DNA from: a virus
Taxonomy: Duplodnaviria > Caudoviricetes
Reading direction: 5' to 3' (one strand)
Length of the DNA stretch: 64,000 bases
IMG/VR virus record: IMGVR_UViG_3300025674_000014
Positions 19,869 to 29,493 of this stretch are shown in pieces. The first letter of the stretch is position 1; every line of letters starts with the position of its first letter. Below the pieces are notes generated by a model. It did no database searches and had not been told where the DNA came from. It was given only the letters and a program-made list of their open reading frames with translations. The position numbers were made by a program, and so were the translations under genes.

Positions 19869-20618
19869 ATGAATAGAAAAGGTATAATTTTAGCAGGTGG
19901 TAAAGGTACAAGACTTTACCCATTAACATACGGAACTACAAAAGCGTTATTACCGGTTTATGATAAACCGTTGATATATTACCCTATATCCACGTTGTTA
20001 AGCTTTGGTATTAATGAAATTTTAATTATAGGACCCACCTCTACACATCTAGAGCATATGGTAGAAGCTACTTACCCAATTAAAGATGTAACATTTAAGT
20101 ATGAGTTACAACCAGAACCTAAAGGATTAAGTGATGCATTTATTGTTGGTGAAAAGTTTATAGGTGATTCTAATGTAACATTAATACTTGGGGATAATAT
20201 ATTTGATGGTGTTTTTCCAACATTAAATCATAATAATACTATATATGGTGTTAAAGTTAAAGACCCTAAAGCATATGGTGTGTTAGATATCGACAATAAT
20301 TTAGGAATGGTTAAACGTATAGTCGAAAAACCCGAACACCCACCTTCAGATAAAGCAGTACCCGGTTTATATCATTTTGACAATACGTGTGTTGAAAAAG
20401 CTAAACAAGTTAAACCTTCTGCAAGAGGTGAAATAGAAATAACTGATCTAATAAACATGTATATTAATGAAGGTAAATTAACCGTTTCAATATTACCTGA
20501 TGATATGGCTTGGTTTGATTGTGGTACCCATGATCATCTTTTAGAAGCCGGTAATTACGTAAAAGCTATTCAAAATAGAACAGCTAGAGTGGTTGGAAAT
20601 ACTCAGATAATTTGTTAA
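19869..20618 (+). CDS. rmlA: Glucose-1-phosphate thymidylyltransferase
   Basis: GIILAGGKGTRLYPLT, LGDNIF, VEKP, SARGEIEITD and WFDCGT motifs. Confidence 0.9.
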   Translation: MNRKGIILAGGKGTRLYPLTYGTTKALLPVYDKPLIYYPISTLLSFGINEILIIGPTSTHLEHMVEATYPIKDVTFKYELQPEPKGLSDAFIVGEKFIGDSNVTLILGDNIFDGVFPTLNHNNTIYGVKVKDPKAYGVLDIDNNLGMVKRIVEKPEHPPSDKAVPGLYHFDNTCVEKAKQVKPSARGEIEITDLINMYINEGKLTVSILPDDMAWFDCGTHDHLLEAGNYVKAIQNRTARVVGNTQIIC

Positions 20619-20627
20619 TATAGTTAT

Positions 20628-20996
20628 ATGGCAGACAGTAAACTTAAAATTATTATCGATCAGGTAGGTCGCACTATTATTGGTGAAATCGTTGAAGATA
20701 ACGACACCGCTTATGTTCTTAAGAATGCAGCAACTATTTACGTGCAACCTAATGAATCGGGTCAGCTTCAAGTTCAAACAATTCCTCTATTCTTTAAAGA
20801 ATTTATTACTGAGGAAGGTCGTGAAAATGGAGTTCAATTCACGTTCAATAAAGCTACCGTTACCGATACTACTGCAGCTGACATCCTTGACGATAAGTTA
20901 GTTAATCAGTATCAAAAGATTGTTGATAATCTTGCATCACCAAGTGAGCCTGCTGCAGCACCAGAAGGTGATGTAGTTAAGCTATTTGATGAATAA
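20628..20996 (+). CDS. Hypothetical protein, possibly Sm-like beta barrel
   Basis: 122 aa; GRTIIGE...VLKNAA pattern. Confidence 0.5.
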   Translation: MADSKLKIIIDQVGRTIIGEIVEDNDTAYVLKNAATIYVQPNESGQLQVQTIPLFFKEFITEEGRENGVQFTFNKATVTDTTAADILDDKLVNQYQKIVDNLASPSEPAAAPEGDVVKLFDE

Positions 20997-21010
20997 AAAA
21001 ATATTTTTTT

Positions 21011-21033
21011 AAGCCCCGAAAGGGGCTTTTTTT
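21011..21033 (+). terminator. Rho-independent terminator
   Basis: AAGCCCC-GAAA-GGGGCTT followed by a T run. Confidence 0.9.
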
Positions 21034-21038
21034 GTGTC

Positions 21039-21066
21039 TTGATATAATTAGGTTATATCTTATTAT
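21039..21066 (+). promoter_or_regulatory. Sigma70-like promoter, leaderless geometry
   Basis: TTGATA-N16-TATTAT, with ATG 6 nt downstream. Confidence 0.6.
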
Positions 21067-21072
21067 AGGTTT

Positions 21073-22161
21073 ATGGCTAAAAAAGATGAATTAAATGATG
21101 TATTTGCAAGTTTAGATAAACTTAACCCTGAAGCTACTTACCTTAAAGATAATGCACTTTCAAATGTTGATACTTGGTATGATACCGGTTGTTATGCACT
21201 AAATGCTATCCTAGGTGGTAGTTGTCGTGAGGGTGGGGTTCCTAAAGGTAGGTTAGTTGGGTTTTCTGGACCATCACAATCTGGTAAGACATTTATTATT
21301 AATAAGATTTTAGGTAATGCACAGAAACAAGGTATTCACCCTGTTATTTTTGATACCGAGTTTGCTGTAGATGCTGCTAGTACTGAAGGGGTTGGGCTAG
21401 ATGCTAGTAGAACTAAGTATGTACCTGTATATACTGTTGAACAATGTCGTAATCAGGTAGTTGCCCTTTTGGATTCTATTAAGGAAAAAGGTTTACAAGG
21501 TAAGTTTATTATTTCTATTGATTCATTAGGTAACCTTGCATCCCAAAAAGAAGTAGATGATGCTGCTAAAGATAAGTCTGCAATGGATATGGGTCTTAGA
21601 GCTAAACAGCTTAAGTCCATGATGCGTATTCTTACTTATAAGGCAGGTGCAGCTGGTTGTACCATTCTATTCAGTAATCATACCTATGACGATCCATCTG
21701 CTTTGATGCCTTCATTGATTAAGCAAGCAGCTGGTGGTAGTGGGCCACAGTATATGGCTTCCATTCTATGTCAGCTTGCTAAGAAAAATGAACGTCAAGA
21801 TGCAAGTAACGATGAAGACGAAATTCTACCTGAAGCTCGTAACTATTCTGGTACCACTCTAAGGTTTCTAACTACTAAGAATCGTTTTGTACCGCCTCTA
21901 CTACAGGCTGAGATTTATCTTAACTATAAATCAGGTCTTGATAGGTATAGTGGTGTTAAAGATATGGCTGTTAATCATGGTGTACTAACTCAAACAGGAT
22001 CAACCTTTCAGATTAACATTGATAGTGAAGATGGTAAACGTAAAGTAGGTGATAAAATCGGTTATTACAAGAATTGGCGTAAAGATGAAGATCTTTGGGA
22101 AAACTATATTATACCAGAATTGGATAAAAAGTTGAAATCCGCCTATAAGTACGGTAAATAG
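21073..22161 (+). CDS. uvsX: UvsX/RecA-like recombinase
   Basis: GPSQSGKT Walker A, FDTE, IDSLGN and NHTY motifs. Confidence 0.92.
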   Translation: MAKKDELNDVFASLDKLNPEATYLKDNALSNVDTWYDTGCYALNAILGGSCREGGVPKGRLVGFSGPSQSGKTFIINKILGNAQKQGIHPVIFDTEFAVDAASTEGVGLDASRTKYVPVYTVEQCRNQVVALLDSIKEKGLQGKFIISIDSLGNLASQKEVDDAAKDKSAMDMGLRAKQLKSMMRILTYKAGAAGCTILFSNHTYDDPSALMPSLIKQAAGGSGPQYMASILCQLAKKNERQDASNDEDEILPEARNYSGTTLRFLTTKNRFVPPLLQAEIYLNYKSGLDRYSGVKDMAVNHGVLTQTGSTFQINIDSEDGKRKVGDKIGYYKNWRKDEDLWENYIIPELDKKLKSAYKYGK

Positions 22162-22167
22162 CCTTAT

Positions 22168-23769
22168 ATGGCTAACATCGCAATCTACGGCTCGCATAAT
22201 GGCGCTATTGCCTTGGAAAATAACGGTGAATATCACGTTATTGAATTTGAACGTTTTTTTAATGTAAAAAATATTGGTCTAGCACAATACAAGCCTCTTC
22301 GTTATAGAGAAGAAGCTGTTTATGCAATGTTAGACTACATTGATAAGGAACTAGGATTTAAAGCTCCTTTCGATAACATGATTCACATTAATACTGAATG
22401 TGTTCATGACGATATTACTTACAGTTACAAGGATTATATTCCTGCTAAGAACGTTTATGAAGGTTGGCACCATCATGCACATGCAAGTGGATCCTTCTAT
22501 CAATCTGATTTTAAACAGGCCTTAATTTTTAGTTTCGACGGCGGTGGTAATGATGGTTTTTTCAACATCTTTTTAGCCGATAGAAAAAATGGTGTTACAT
22601 ATCTTGATAAAACCAACCCCGCCGATCGAACTAAATACGACTTCGACTTTGGGTTCCCATATATGTGTTTTGCACACTTTTGCAAAGACATTAAACAGGA
22701 ATGGATTTCAGATGGTAACCTAGTATACAGTGGTAAGATCATGGGACTCTGTAACTTTGGTAAGAGCAGAGATGAATGGTTACCTCACTTTAAGAAATTT
22801 TATTATGCTAAACCAGATGGTGAAAATTATATTAGATTCTTAAAAGAGTATATTGGAGATCCTTGTGGTTTGGTGTTTGATGAAAACAATAGACTTGAAG
22901 GTCAGTTAAGTTGGGACGTTGCAGCTACATCTCAAAAGGCTTTTGAAGAGTGCTTTTATGAAGTAGCTAAGCCTTATTTAGACAAATATGAGTTACCTAT
23001 TATTATTACTGGTGGGTGTGGTCTTAACATATTACTTAGCACTGATCTACGGCAGCGTTATCCTGAACGGGGTGTCTTCGTGGCTCCTAACACTAATGAT
23101 TGTGGAATTGCTGTTGGGTTATTGGCCGGTTTTAATAAACCCGATACTCCTATTGATATTACATACGGTGGTACGGAACTAATCGATAAAAATACATACC
23201 CTGCTTGGATTGAAAGTAACGTTGCCAAGCCAGTTACATTTAATGCTATTGTTAGTGAACTATGTAGTGGTAAAATCTTTGGAGTTGCAAGAGGTAGGTG
23301 TGAACACGGCCCTAGAGCTCTTGGTAACAGGTCAATTATCTGTAACCCAGCCTTCCCTGAGATGAAAGATATTCTTAACCATAAAGTTAAGCATAGGGAA
23401 TGGTACAGACCATTTGCCCCGGTATGTAGACTAGAAGATGCGTCTAAGTACTTTGAATGGGAAGGAGAATCAAGGCACATGTTATATTGTCCAAGGGTAA
23501 GACCTGAATGGCAAGATAAGCTTTCATCTATTACCCATATTGATGGTACTGCAAGACTTCAAACAGTAACAAGAGAACAAAATGAATGGTTATATGACCT
23601 TCTTACTGAGTTTGAAAAGAAAGCAGGTCATGGGGTTCTTCTCAATACTTCATTTAATATTGCAGGTAAACCAATTCTCAATACTATTGCCGATGCTATG
23701 TGGGTGTTAGAACACTCACAAATGGATTATCTCATTATTGAAGATTTTTACTATGGTAAACATTGGTAA
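22168..23769 (+). CDS. Carbamoyltransferase, CmcH/NodU/TobZ family
   Basis: HHHAHA, FDGGG, GKIMGL, GGCGLN, GPRALGNRSI, KHREWYRPFAP, HIDGTARLQTV and LNTSFN motifs. Confidence 0.92.
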   Translation: MANIAIYGSHNGAIALENNGEYHVIEFERFFNVKNIGLAQYKPLRYREEAVYAMLDYIDKELGFKAPFDNMIHINTECVHDDITYSYKDYIPAKNVYEGWHHHAHASGSFYQSDFKQALIFSFDGGGNDGFFNIFLADRKNGVTYLDKTNPADRTKYDFDFGFPYMCFAHFCKDIKQEWISDGNLVYSGKIMGLCNFGKSRDEWLPHFKKFYYAKPDGENYIRFLKEYIGDPCGLVFDENNRLEGQLSWDVAATSQKAFEECFYEVAKPYLDKYELPIIITGGCGLNILLSTDLRQRYPERGVFVAPNTNDCGIAVGLLAGFNKPDTPIDITYGGTELIDKNTYPAWIESNVAKPVTFNAIVSELCSGKIFGVARGRCEHGPRALGNRSIICNPAFPEMKDILNHKVKHREWYRPFAPVCRLEDASKYFEWEGESRHMLYCPRVRPEWQDKLSSITHIDGTARLQTVTREQNEWLYDLLTEFEKKAGHGVLLNTSFNIAGKPILNTIADAMWVLEHSQMDYLIIEDFYYGKHW

Positions 23770-23788
23770 TAGTTCTATAATATAGCAT

Positions 23789-24586
23789 ATGAGTGAAAGA
23801 AAACTACGTAGAGCTGTAATGCCATTTAGTGGTGGTATGGATAGTGCTGTTATGCTTAACATGGCTCAAACAGCACATGATGAATTATATTGTATTACTT
23901 TTGATTACGGTCAACGTCATAAGCGTGAGATCGAATGTGCTAAAACTCAAATTGAACATAATGAAGTAAGGTCATTTAGTCACTCGTTTGAGTTTCATCG
24001 TATCTATCATAAGATTATCGATGTGTCATTTATTAAGGAACTTGCAACTACTAGTTCACTTACTAATACTGATATTGATAACCCTGATGTTAAAGATATG
24101 GTTGGTGAAGCTCAACCAGCTAGTTATGTACCTTTTAGGAACCAGTTGTTTCTAAGTATTGCATGTGCTTATGCTGAGTCTATTGGTGCTGATACCGTAT
24201 ATCATGGTGCAACCCAAGTTGATAGTCTTGCTGGTTACTGGGATGGTAGTCCTGAATTCCAAGATAGTTTTAATAAACTGATTAGTCTTAATAGACAAAA
24301 TCAAATTGTAGTTAAATGTCCATTGATTAACCTTAGCAAGAAAGACATTATTCTATCTGGTATTAGTAACAGGGTAGATTTTGGTGAAACATATACGTGT
24401 TATAGTGGTGATGAAATTGCTGATGCAACTACACCAAGTAGTGCACTACGTATTAAGGGTTTTTGTGATGCTGGTTATATTGACCCTCAACCATATAAGC
24501 AAGATCTTACATCATTATGGGAAGAGCATGACTGTAAGCCATGCCCTACTGGGTTCTTTTTACAAAAAGGAGGTACTAGAGGTTAA
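23789..24586 (+). CDS. queC: QueC-family PP-loop ATPase with a degenerate zinc site
   Basis: SGGMDS, FDYGQRH, YVPFRN and TYTCY present; the expected CxxCxxC is replaced by ADATTPSSALR. Confidence 0.85.
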   Translation: MSERKLRRAVMPFSGGMDSAVMLNMAQTAHDELYCITFDYGQRHKREIECAKTQIEHNEVRSFSHSFEFHRIYHKIIDVSFIKELATTSSLTNTDIDNPDVKDMVGEAQPASYVPFRNQLFLSIACAYAESIGADTVYHGATQVDSLAGYWDGSPEFQDSFNKLISLNRQNQIVVKCPLINLSKKDIILSGISNRVDFGETYTCYSGDEIADATTPSSALRIKGFCDAGYIDPQPYKQDLTSLWEEHDCKPCPTGFFLQKGGTRG

Positions 24587-25167
24587 TAGTCCTCTAAATC
24601 GTCGTCCTGATATTCGGACATATCATCATCAGGGCGATCATCAATTTCATCATACTCCGTGTCCATAGAAGCGGTGGGATCAACATAATCAGCAGTAGTT
24701 GGTTCCACCGCTTCGCCACCTTTAATGTTAATTTCGTCTAAGTAACCATCAGCTATCATTCCACCTAAAAGTACTTCTGCTTCCTTTTTATCCATTCCTG
24801 TTTTAGTAAGGAACTCCATTATGTCTTTAGCTTTTGCTGAATCGTCTGCTTCAACATATCTTACAACATCACGTTGAGCTGTGTTTAATCTTTCTTCGTA
24901 CGATTTATCAGCAACTTTAAATTCTCTATTACCAAGTTTAACCTTATTACTGGTTTTTTCTTTTCGTTGTCTTGTTGCTCTTGATCTTACACCAGAACCT
25001 TTACCTTTTAACCTCATCATCATTTCATAATAAGACTCTTTTCTTTCTTCACCGGTGTCAGGATCTACGACAGTTTTACGTTCTCTATCTTTGTATTGTT
25101 TTTTACGCCCTTCTTCAATGGACTGCATATACGATTCAAATAGAAATTGATTTTCTCTGTCTTTCAT
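24583..25167 (-). CDS. Hypothetical late protein, possibly head-internal
   Basis: Starts MKDRENQFLFESY, has an acidic C-terminus and TAAATA 6 nt upstream. Confidence 0.65.
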   Translation of the reverse strand: MKDRENQFLFESYMQSIEEGRKKQYKDRERKTVVDPDTGEERKESYYEMMMRLKGKGSGVRSRATRQRKEKTSNKVKLGNREFKVADKSYEERLNTAQRDVVRYVEADDSAKAKDIMEFLTKTGMDKKEAEVLLGGMIADGYLDEINIKGGEAVEPTTADYVDPTASMDTEYDEIDDRPDDDMSEYQDDDLEDY

Positions 25168-25183
25168 TATTATTATTTAATAT

Positions 25184-25795
25184 ATGTGTGCAATATTTGG
25201 TACAAAAAATAAAGAACAATTTGATTCATTATATGAACTAAATCATAAACGTGGTGGGTTTGCATTCAGTGCAGTTTTTAGGAACAAAGAAGGTAAGTTT
25301 ATGACTACTAAAGGTCGTAAATATATCAAACCACTAAGTAATGCAAAGTATATTCTAGCCCATGACCAAGCCCCTACTTCTTCAGTTCGGTTGTATGATT
25401 ACCGTACTTCTCACCCGTTTGTTTGTGGTGAGTGGGTGGTGGCACATAATGGTGTATTAACTAATCATAAGGAACTGTTAAAAGAACACAATTGTGATGT
25501 TGATAGTAGTTATATACCCGCTCTTCTCGATAAGGAGACTAAAGGAGAAGTAACTTCTATTGAAAATGTGTGTAGTTTATTAGAAGGTACATTTGCTTGT
25601 TGGATAGTTAATAGAACAAGTGGTAACATTTACTTGGTTAAACAAGGTAGTACGCTATTTTATGATGGTGCTACATTTTCATCGGTAAAATTTACTGGTA
25701 GTTATGCATTGAGAGACGGGGTTGTTTATCTTGTTGAAGATACAATTGCTCCAATTGGTAAGTTTAAAAGTAACAGTCCTTTTGCATTGATATAG
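25184..25795 (+). CDS. Class II (Ntn) glutamine amidotransferase domain, stand-alone
   Basis: N-terminal M-C nucleophile, HPF, AHNGV, DVDS and LEGTFA motifs. Confidence 0.8.
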   Translation: MCAIFGTKNKEQFDSLYELNHKRGGFAFSAVFRNKEGKFMTTKGRKYIKPLSNAKYILAHDQAPTSSVRLYDYRTSHPFVCGEWVVAHNGVLTNHKELLKEHNCDVDSSYIPALLDKETKGEVTSIENVCSLLEGTFACWIVNRTSGNIYLVKQGSTLFYDGATFSSVKFTGSYALRDGVVYLVEDTIAPIGKFKSNSPFALI

Positions 25796-25820
25796 ACAGC
25801 TACTTTATAAAATATTTTAT

Positions 25821-26900
25821 ATGAAAAGAGCACTCGTATGCGGCGGAGGTGGTTTCATTGGAAGTCACCTCGTTTCCCGTCTTAAAGAAGAAGGATACTG
25901 GGTTAGAGCAGTAGACCTTAAGGAACCGGAATTTTCAACAACCAAAGCTGATGAATTTGTTGGTGGTGATTTAACTGACTATAACTTTGTTCGTGAAGTA
26001 ATTGTAACTGGTGATTATTTCCATAAACCACCTATTCAATATAGAGAGCAGTTCGATGAAATCTATCAACTTGCTGCTGATATGGGTGGCGCTGGTTATA
26101 TTTTTACTGGTGAAAACGATGCTAATGTTATGCAGAACTCAGCATCTATTAACTTAAATATATTAAAGGCTGTAGATGAGTCGAACCTGTTTTTTCGATC
26201 TGATTGGTATCATGAGGCACGTTTAGAACACACTTCTTATAAACCTATTGATACTAAGATATTCTACAGTAGCTCAGCGTGTATGTACCCTGAACATAAC
26301 CAATTAGACCCGGAGAACCCTAACTGTGAAGAAAGTTCCGCATACCCGGCCAACCCAGATAGTGAATATGGATGGGAAAAGCTATTTAGCGAAAGGTTAT
26401 ACCTTGCTTATAATCGGAATAGGGGTATACCCGTTCGTATTGCACGTTTTCACAATATTTTCGGACCTGAAGGAACATGGAAAGGTGGAAGAGAAAAGGC
26501 CCCAGCAGCATTATGTAGAAAGTTTGCCGAAGCCGAATCAGGAGACACCATAGAAGTATGGGGTGACGGTGAACAAACACGGTCTTTCTTATATGTTCAT
26601 GAGTGTGTTGAGGGTATCCGTCGTTTAATGGAATCAGACTTTACCGGTCCAGTTAATATTGGTTCAGATGAGATGGTAACTATTAATAAAATGGTAGAAT
26701 ACCTTAAATCCATTAGCGGTAAATCACTAAAACCAGTACATAAGTTAGATGCACCAACAGGAGTGCGTGGAAGAAACAGTGATAATAAGCTTATCCAAGA
26801 AAAGCTTGGTTGGTCACCTAATTTTTCCTTAAAAGATGGGTTACAACTTACCTATAGATGGATTCTTGAACAAGTAAAACTTGATAAACAAAAGGCATAA
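25821..26900 (+). CDS. NAD-dependent epimerase, GDP-mannose 3,5-epimerase (GME)-like
   Basis: GGGGFIG, QLAADMGG, SSSACMYP, YGWEK and GGREKAPAALCRK motifs. Confidence 0.85.
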   Translation: MKRALVCGGGGFIGSHLVSRLKEEGYWVRAVDLKEPEFSTTKADEFVGGDLTDYNFVREVIVTGDYFHKPPIQYREQFDEIYQLAADMGGAGYIFTGENDANVMQNSASINLNILKAVDESNLFFRSDWYHEARLEHTSYKPIDTKIFYSSSACMYPEHNQLDPENPNCEESSAYPANPDSEYGWEKLFSERLYLAYNRNRGIPVRIARFHNIFGPEGTWKGGREKAPAALCRKFAEAESGDTIEVWGDGEQTRSFLYVHECVEGIRRLMESDFTGPVNIGSDEMVTINKMVEYLKSISGKSLKPVHKLDAPTGVRGRNSDNKLIQEKLGWSPNFSLKDGLQLTYRWILEQVKLDKQKA

Positions 26901-26920
26901 GTATATAATCGTCTACGTAT

Positions 26921-28249
26921 ATGAGTAGACAAACGTTAGACTTAGATTATTTCGAAAAAGTCGTGGTGTACAAGAGTCTTACTGATGATCGTTACTTAGC
27001 ATCAGTTATAGACCATGTACAGCCACGATTTTTTACTGATGAAAGCTTTAAACGTGTATTTACGTTAATTACGTCTTTCTTTCAAAAGAGATTTACCGTA
27101 CCTACTAAGACAGAGATATTATCTTTCTGTAATACACCTGAACTTAAGGAAGATTTCAAGAACACCGTTAAGAAGATAAAAGATATTGATAAAAACTTAA
27201 ATGTTGACGAGTTATATCAAAATACGGAACGGTTTCTTAAAGAAAAGTCAGTTTACCATACAATGACTGATGTGGCTGATGATTGTTCTAAAGGTGATAT
27301 TAACCCAGCTTCTATTTTTGATAAGTTTGAGAAGTGTTGTAGTATTAATCTATCAGTAGATACAGGGTTTGACTTCTTACGTTCATATTCACGGTTGATT
27401 GAAGACCTTAAGACCGAAGAACCGACTATATCATCAGGTTGGCAATGGTTAGATAATAAGCTTGATGGTGGGTTCCTTGAGAACGGTAGGTCTATTTACA
27501 TATTTGCTGGTGAAACTAATGTTGGTAAGTCAATTGTGTTAGGTAACATAGCATGTAACATAGCTAAACAAGGTAAGACAGTATTATTGGTTAGTCTTGA
27601 GATGTCTGAAATGGTTTATGCTAAGAGATTAGCTGGTAACTTAACAGGTATTGAAGTTAATAATCTTAGATATGAATTACCTCAGTTAGAAGATAAGTTA
27701 CAATCATTTATTACTAATAACCCAACTAGTAGATTGTTAATTAAGGAGTTTCCACCTAGTACTATTACGCCTTCCCAATTAGGTGCCTTTATTAAGAAGA
27801 TACAACAGAATGGAGTTGAGTTAGATGCTATTGTACTTGATTATGTTAACCTAATGCATTCACCAATGGGTAATAACAGCTATGAAAGAGTTAAGATAGC
27901 TACAGAACAGGTACGAGCCTTGTCATATCAGTATAACTGCCCTGTTATTACTGCAACACAGTTGAATAGGTCAGGTTATGATAAGGAAGATCCTAGTCTT
28001 GATACTATTGGTGAAAGTATGGGGTTGGCAATGGGTGCTGATGCTATCTTTTCCGTATTTCAGAAAGAAGAAGACAGGGACTTAGACATCATTCGTATGG
28101 GTGTTATGAAGAACCGTTTCGGACCTAATCATGGTACTAGTGAGTTTAGTATTCATTACCCAACTCTTACTATTAGTGATGGTGATATACATGACATTGG
28201 TAGTACTTCGGCTGATGTTATATCAGTCATGGATGGTTTAGGTAAATAG
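26921..28249 (+). CDS. gp41: Replicative helicase gp41 (DnaB-like)
   Basis: GETNVGKS, SLEMSE, LDYVN, TATQLNRSG and KNRFG motifs. Confidence 0.92.
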   Translation: MSRQTLDLDYFEKVVVYKSLTDDRYLASVIDHVQPRFFTDESFKRVFTLITSFFQKRFTVPTKTEILSFCNTPELKEDFKNTVKKIKDIDKNLNVDELYQNTERFLKEKSVYHTMTDVADDCSKGDINPASIFDKFEKCCSINLSVDTGFDFLRSYSRLIEDLKTEEPTISSGWQWLDNKLDGGFLENGRSIYIFAGETNVGKSIVLGNIACNIAKQGKTVLLVSLEMSEMVYAKRLAGNLTGIEVNNLRYELPQLEDKLQSFITNNPTSRLLIKEFPPSTITPSQLGAFIKKIQQNGVELDAIVLDYVNLMHSPMGNNSYERVKIATEQVRALSYQYNCPVITATQLNRSGYDKEDPSLDTIGESMGLAMGADAIFSVFQKEEDRDLDIIRMGVMKNRFGPNHGTSEFSIHYPTLTISDGDIHDIGSTSADVISVMDGLGK

Positions 28250-28283
28250 TTGAAGAAATGATGTTTATTACTAATTATTCTTA

Positions 28284-29180
28284 ATGTCCGGTAGGTGTTA
28301 TGTATTTACTGATGCTGATTTAGATGGTGTTGGTAGTTTTATGGTTAGTAGGTGGTTAAAGGGTATAACATCCTTTACCACAACTACTCATAAACACTTT
28401 AGAGAAGATTTTGTTAGGTGGTTGTCGTCTAATAAGCTTTCCGACTATGAAAAAGTCTATATATTCGACATCAACGTTGCTGAACATTTTGATTTACTTG
28501 ATCATCCTAACGTTAACGTTATTGATCACCATAATGGTAAAGATGGTTACGTAAATTTTAATAAAGCTACGTTGGTGCTCGACCAAGACTTTAGTTCTAC
28601 TACTAAGTTAGTACTTAAAACATTTCTTCGTGAAGATCCTTCCTTAAGTTCCAAGTTAACTCATCAAATAGCCAAGTTTGTTAACCTTGTGGATGATTAT
28701 GATAGCTATAAATTAGCTTTACCTGACAGTATCGGTCTTAATAACGTGTTATGGTCGTATACCGGTAACCGTGTTACTAAGTTCTTAGAAGAGTTTAGTT
28801 TAGGCTTTAATGGTTTCAGTACGTTCCATAAAAACATGATAGCTATAGCCGAAAAGAAGGTACAAGATACAGTTAATACTGTTGATACGTTCATGGTTAA
28901 CTTTCCTATAGATGGAAAGGAACGTAAAGTGGTGTGTATTCAATGTGACCATAACATAAATGAAGTAGCTTATGAAGTTTTAAAGAAACATAACGCAGAT
29001 ATTTGTTTAGTTGTTAATTTAAAATCAAAAAGTGTAAGTTTTAGAAAATCAAAGTCGTGTAACGTTAACCTTTCTAAGTTAGCTAACAAGTTATGTGACG
29101 GTGGAGGTCATTCTGACTCTGCAGGCGGAGCAGTTAATGAAAAATTTCTTAAATTAAGTAAGATGTTTACTAAAATATGA
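28284..29180 (+). CDS. DHH/DHHA1 phosphoesterase
   Basis: DADLDG, FD, IDHH, DDYD and GGGH..SAGG motifs. Confidence 0.85.
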   Translation: MSGRCYVFTDADLDGVGSFMVSRWLKGITSFTTTTHKHFREDFVRWLSSNKLSDYEKVYIFDINVAEHFDLLDHPNVNVIDHHNGKDGYVNFNKATLVLDQDFSSTTKLVLKTFLREDPSLSSKLTHQIAKFVNLVDDYDSYKLALPDSIGLNNVLWSYTGNRVTKFLEEFSLGFNGFSTFHKNMIAIAEKKVQDTVNTVDTFMVNFPIDGKERKVVCIQCDHNINEVAYEVLKKHNADICLVVNLKSKSVSFRKSKSCNVNLSKLANKLCDGGGHSDSAGGAVNEKFLKLSKMFTKI

Positions 29181-29470
29181 AAATCTCAAGTAACAACCCT
29201 TTAGAAAATACGTATGTTAAAGAGACAACTCATACGTTTATGGGGTTTTGTTCCTTTATTTCTATTTTACATAACAAAAAAATTAATTTACCTAACATCT
29301 TTATAATGCTTCTTAAAGATAGGAAGCTTAGAACATTTTTTAAAGAACTTTTAGACATTGATACTGATTATGAATTTGTTCAAATGTTTTTATTCTTTGA
29401 TCCCTCTCTTCATAAAAGCAAATACATAATGAAGTATGTCAATAGTAGGAGAAAAAACTTGATATTGTAG
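29177..29470 (+). CDS. Hypothetical protein
   Basis: 97 aa ORF joined by an ATGA overlap. Confidence 0.55.
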   Translation: MKISSNNPLENTYVKETTHTFMGFCSFISILHNKKINLPNIFIMLLKDRKLRTFFKELLDIDTDYEFVQMFLFFDPSLHKSKYIMKYVNSRRKNLIL

Positions 29471-29493
29471 AGTTTATCTTTATTATTGACTTA

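Noticed and set aside
23789-25795. Calling QueC + amidotransferase a QatABCD or type IV CBASS defence system
   Set aside because: There is no QatA ATPase, TatD, CD-NTase operon or TGT nearby. The amidotransferase has a catalytic N-terminal Cys rather than an acceptor Gly, and the context is phage replication.
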